A DNA stretch of 64,000 nucleotides from Nitrospirota bacterium (GTDB lineage: Bacteria > Nitrospirota > UBA9217), in assembly GCA_963754875.1 (NCBI GenBank), contig CAVWHO010000016.1, positions 288,001 to 352,000 of the forward strand. The letters run 5' to 3'. Below, in pieces: positions 61,661 to 64,000 of this stretch. The notes under the pieces were generated by a model. It had not been told where the DNA came from, did no database searches, and saw only the letters and a list, made by a program, of their open reading frames with translations. The translations under genes were made by a program, and so were the position numbers. Position 1 is the first letter of the stretch. Each line of letters opens with the position of its first letter.

Positions 61661-62401
61661 ATGAATCTGACATTATACGTCTGGCGACAACGCAACTCCG
61701 CGGACAAAGGCAAACTCGTTCAGTACGAAGCGAAGGACATCGAGAGCGACGTGTCCTTTCTTGAAATGCTCGATGTCCTGAACCAGGAATTGATTAAAAA
61801 GGGTGAAGAGCCCATCGCCTTCGACAGCGACTGCCGGGAAGGCATCTGCGGCATGTGCGGTCAGGTCGTGAACGGCATACCGCACGGCCCGCAGAAAAAG
61901 ACGACCGTCTGCCAGCTTCACATGCGCCACTTCAAGGACGGCGATACGATCTACATCGAACCCTTCCGCGCCAAGGCCTTCCCGGTCATAAAGGACCTCA
62001 TCGTTGACCGCGGCGCCTTTGACAAGATCATCCAGGCCGGAGGCTACGTCTCGGTCCACACCGGAGGCGTGCCTGACGGGAACACCATCCTGATTCCCAA
62101 ACAGGACGCGGACACGGCCATGGATGCTGCCGAGTGCATCGGCTGCGGGGCCTGCGTTGCTGCCTGTCCGAACGGCTCGGCAATGCTCTTTACCTCGGCC
62201 AAGGTGTCCCATCTCGCTCTGCTGCCGCAGGGAAAAGTAGAGGCCGCCAGACGCGTCTGTGCCATGACCGAGGAAATGCTGAACCAGGGCTTCGGCAACT
62301 GCAGCAATCATTATGAGTGCGAAGCGGTCTGTCCCAAGGGCATCAAAGTCAAATTTATCGCAAAGCTGAACCGGGAGTTCATCAAGGCCCAGATCACGTA
62401 G
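61661..62401 (+). CDS. sdhB: Succinate dehydrogenase/fumarate reductase Fe-S subunit
   Basis: [22 protein letters not shown]...ECEAVCP. Confidence 0.95.
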   Translation: MNLTLYVWRQRNSADKGKLVQYEAKDIESDVSFLEMLDVLNQELIKKGEEPIAFDSDCREGICGMCGQVVNGIPHGPQKKTTVCQLHMRHFKDGDTIYIEPFRAKAFPVIKDLIVDRGAFDKIIQAGGYVSVHTGGVPDGNTILIPKQDADTAMDAAECIGCGACVAACPNGSAMLFTSAKVSHLALLPQGKVEAARRVCAMTEEMLNQGFGNCSNHYECEAVCPKGIKVKFIAKLNREFIKAQIT

Positions 62402-62475
62402 AGCTGCCTTCCAGCATCGCCGTGTTGCTGGCTTTTCCGCTTTACTTCCCGTTCGGCTTATATTATCATTGCCCT

Positions 62476-62866
62476 ATGAGAAAGACGCGGAAAACTTCGT
62501 GATTTCTGCGGAATATGACATCGTCACTGCCGAGCACATGCATAAACCGGACGGTATATTTATGTGGTCTTTATGTGCCATCTGGCAATCGAGAAGATGT
62601 TTAAAGCTGTAGCCGTCGAAGTCACGAACAAGCCTGCGCCAAGGACTCACAACCTTCTCTATTTAACGAAGCTCACAGAAATCAATTTCCCCTCTAAACA
62701 CATTGAATTCGTGTCCAAGATAAACAACGCAAGCATTATCACGCGATATCCGGAAGACTTTTCAAAACTCGTTGAAGTATATCCTGCCGACGTTTCAGCC
62801 TCATACCTGGAGCAGACAAAGGATGTGATCGTATGGTTAAAACAGAACGAGAGATTAAAGAAATAA
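62476..62866 (+). CDS. HEPN domain protein (5' part frameshifted)
   Basis: FMCHLAIEK..KA, THNL, RYP; N-terminus restored by two 1-nt corrections. Confidence 0.78.
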
Positions 62867-63147
62867 TCGACAAATACCAGAAGGAAATCGAAAAGCTGGG
62901 CGTGCAGCCGAAGAAGATCATCCTTTACGGTTCTTACGCAGGCGGTACGCCGCGAGAAGACAGCGATATCGACGTCATCGTGGTCGCCGATGAGTTCAGA
63001 AAGATGAATCTGCGAGAGCGGCTTGAACTCCTCGGCCTCGCAGCAGGCAGGGTCTTAGAGCCCATCGAGGCCCTTGGCTATACGCAGGAAGAACTGGATT
63101 CCCGAAAGAAAGAATCGTTTCTGGAAGCTATACTAAAGTCCAAGTAA
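62833..63147 (+). CDS. Minimal nucleotidyltransferase (MNT)
   Basis: LYGSYAGG..REDSDIDV. Confidence 0.88.
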   Translation: MVKTEREIKEIIDKYQKEIEKLGVQPKKIILYGSYAGGTPREDSDIDVIVVADEFRKMNLRERLELLGLAAGRVLEPIEALGYTQEELDSRKKESFLEAILKSK

Positions 63148-63281
63148 TGCTTTTCTAAACAAAACGTTGATTTCACGCTAACCATGATATCATAAAACTG
63201 CAGCTTTGCAGTATTTGACACGACGGTTCATAAATTGATGAGAAGGCCCACACCATAAATACCATCAGGGAGTGTAACATC

Positions 63282-63848
63282 ATGGCCCAAATCTTTCGTA
63301 TTTTCGGCTTTGCCGGCAGTTTAAGAAAAGGTTCTTACAACAAAGCCCTCCTGCGCGCTGCAGCAGAACTTCTTCCAGGCAGCGTAGAGCTCGAGGTCTT
63401 CGACCTCGAAGGCATCCCTCCGTTTAATCAGGATTTGGAGCAACAGCCCCCGACGAAGGTAAGGGAATTCAAGACAAAGATCAGGGCAGCTGATGCGCTC
63501 CTGATCGCAACACCGGAATATAATTATTCGATTCCCGGCGTCTTGAAGAACGCCATCGACTGCGGCTCTCGGCCCCATGGCGATAATGTCTTCGACGATA
63601 AGCCCGTGGCCATCATGGGCGCTTCCATCGGCATGCTCGGCACTGCCCGTGCCCAGTACCACCTCCGCCAGTCCTGCGTGTATCTCAACATGCATCCTCT
63701 GAACAAGCCGGAAGTCATGGTGACCTTTATTAAAGACAAGATCGACGCCGGCGGCAGGCTGACCGACGAGCCGACCCGGGCAAAGATAAGAGAGTTGATA
63801 GAAGCCCTCGTGGCCTGGACCCAGCGGCTGAAGAAAGCACAGAATTAA
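63282..63848 (+). CDS. NADPH-dependent FMN reductase (ChrR-like)
   Basis: GSLRKGSYN, TPEYNYSIPGVLKNAID. Confidence 0.92.
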   Translation: MAQIFRIFGFAGSLRKGSYNKALLRAAAELLPGSVELEVFDLEGIPPFNQDLEQQPPTKVREFKTKIRAADALLIATPEYNYSIPGVLKNAIDCGSRPHGDNVFDDKPVAIMGASIGMLGTARAQYHLRQSCVYLNMHPLNKPEVMVTFIKDKIDAGGRLTDEPTRAKIRELIEALVAWTQRLKKAQN

Positions 63849-64000
63849 GGCCGTCGGGTCTTTAAAAAAACCTTTAAGCCTTCCCGCACTTTTCCACATC
63901 CATGCTACAATAATAGTAGGTGCTTGCCTCAAGACCGATAGATCCTTCTTCGTTTCTAACCGTGTTCATCTGTGGTTTAAAAAGTTTTTCGAGAAGTTAA

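Overview
Chromosomal window from an anaerobe-like bacterium. Gene style resembles Nitrospirota/Desulfobacterota-type MAGs (inference only). It holds about 70 protein genes. Housekeeping and DNA repair genes include radA, folA, alkD-like, smpB, priA, nrdR, glyA, rpiB, rsmE, pcnB and an endonuclease Q-like + UvrD-like pair. There are two toxin-antitoxin pairs (AbrB/VapC, HEPN/MNT) and an accessory stretch at 23-39 kb. A central-carbon cluster comprises aconitase-citrate synthase-SSA dehydrogenase-ThDP decarboxylase, then gdh, malic enzyme, fumC and sdhCAB. No tRNA, rRNA, tmRNA, CRISPR array or intact transposase/integrase was recognised. Eight conserved genes carry single-base frameshifts, mostly +1 insertions, which look like long-read errors. 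Best leads: (1) a candidate 2-oxoglutarate decarboxylase/SSADH TCA bypass co-encoded with citrate synthase and an aconitase lacking one Fe-S cysteine; (2) a GEMM-I riboswitch with the A20 signature of cyclic AMP-GMP sensors controlling DUF309 + a DCC1-like oxidoreductase; (3) a repeated TACCC-N6-TACCC motif helically phased to sigma70 promoters; (4) orphan integron attC sites; (5) bipartite inverted heptamer arrays at operon gene junctions, one inserted in-frame in rsmE; (6) several apparently leaderless genes. All calls come from visual motif recognition; no searches were run.
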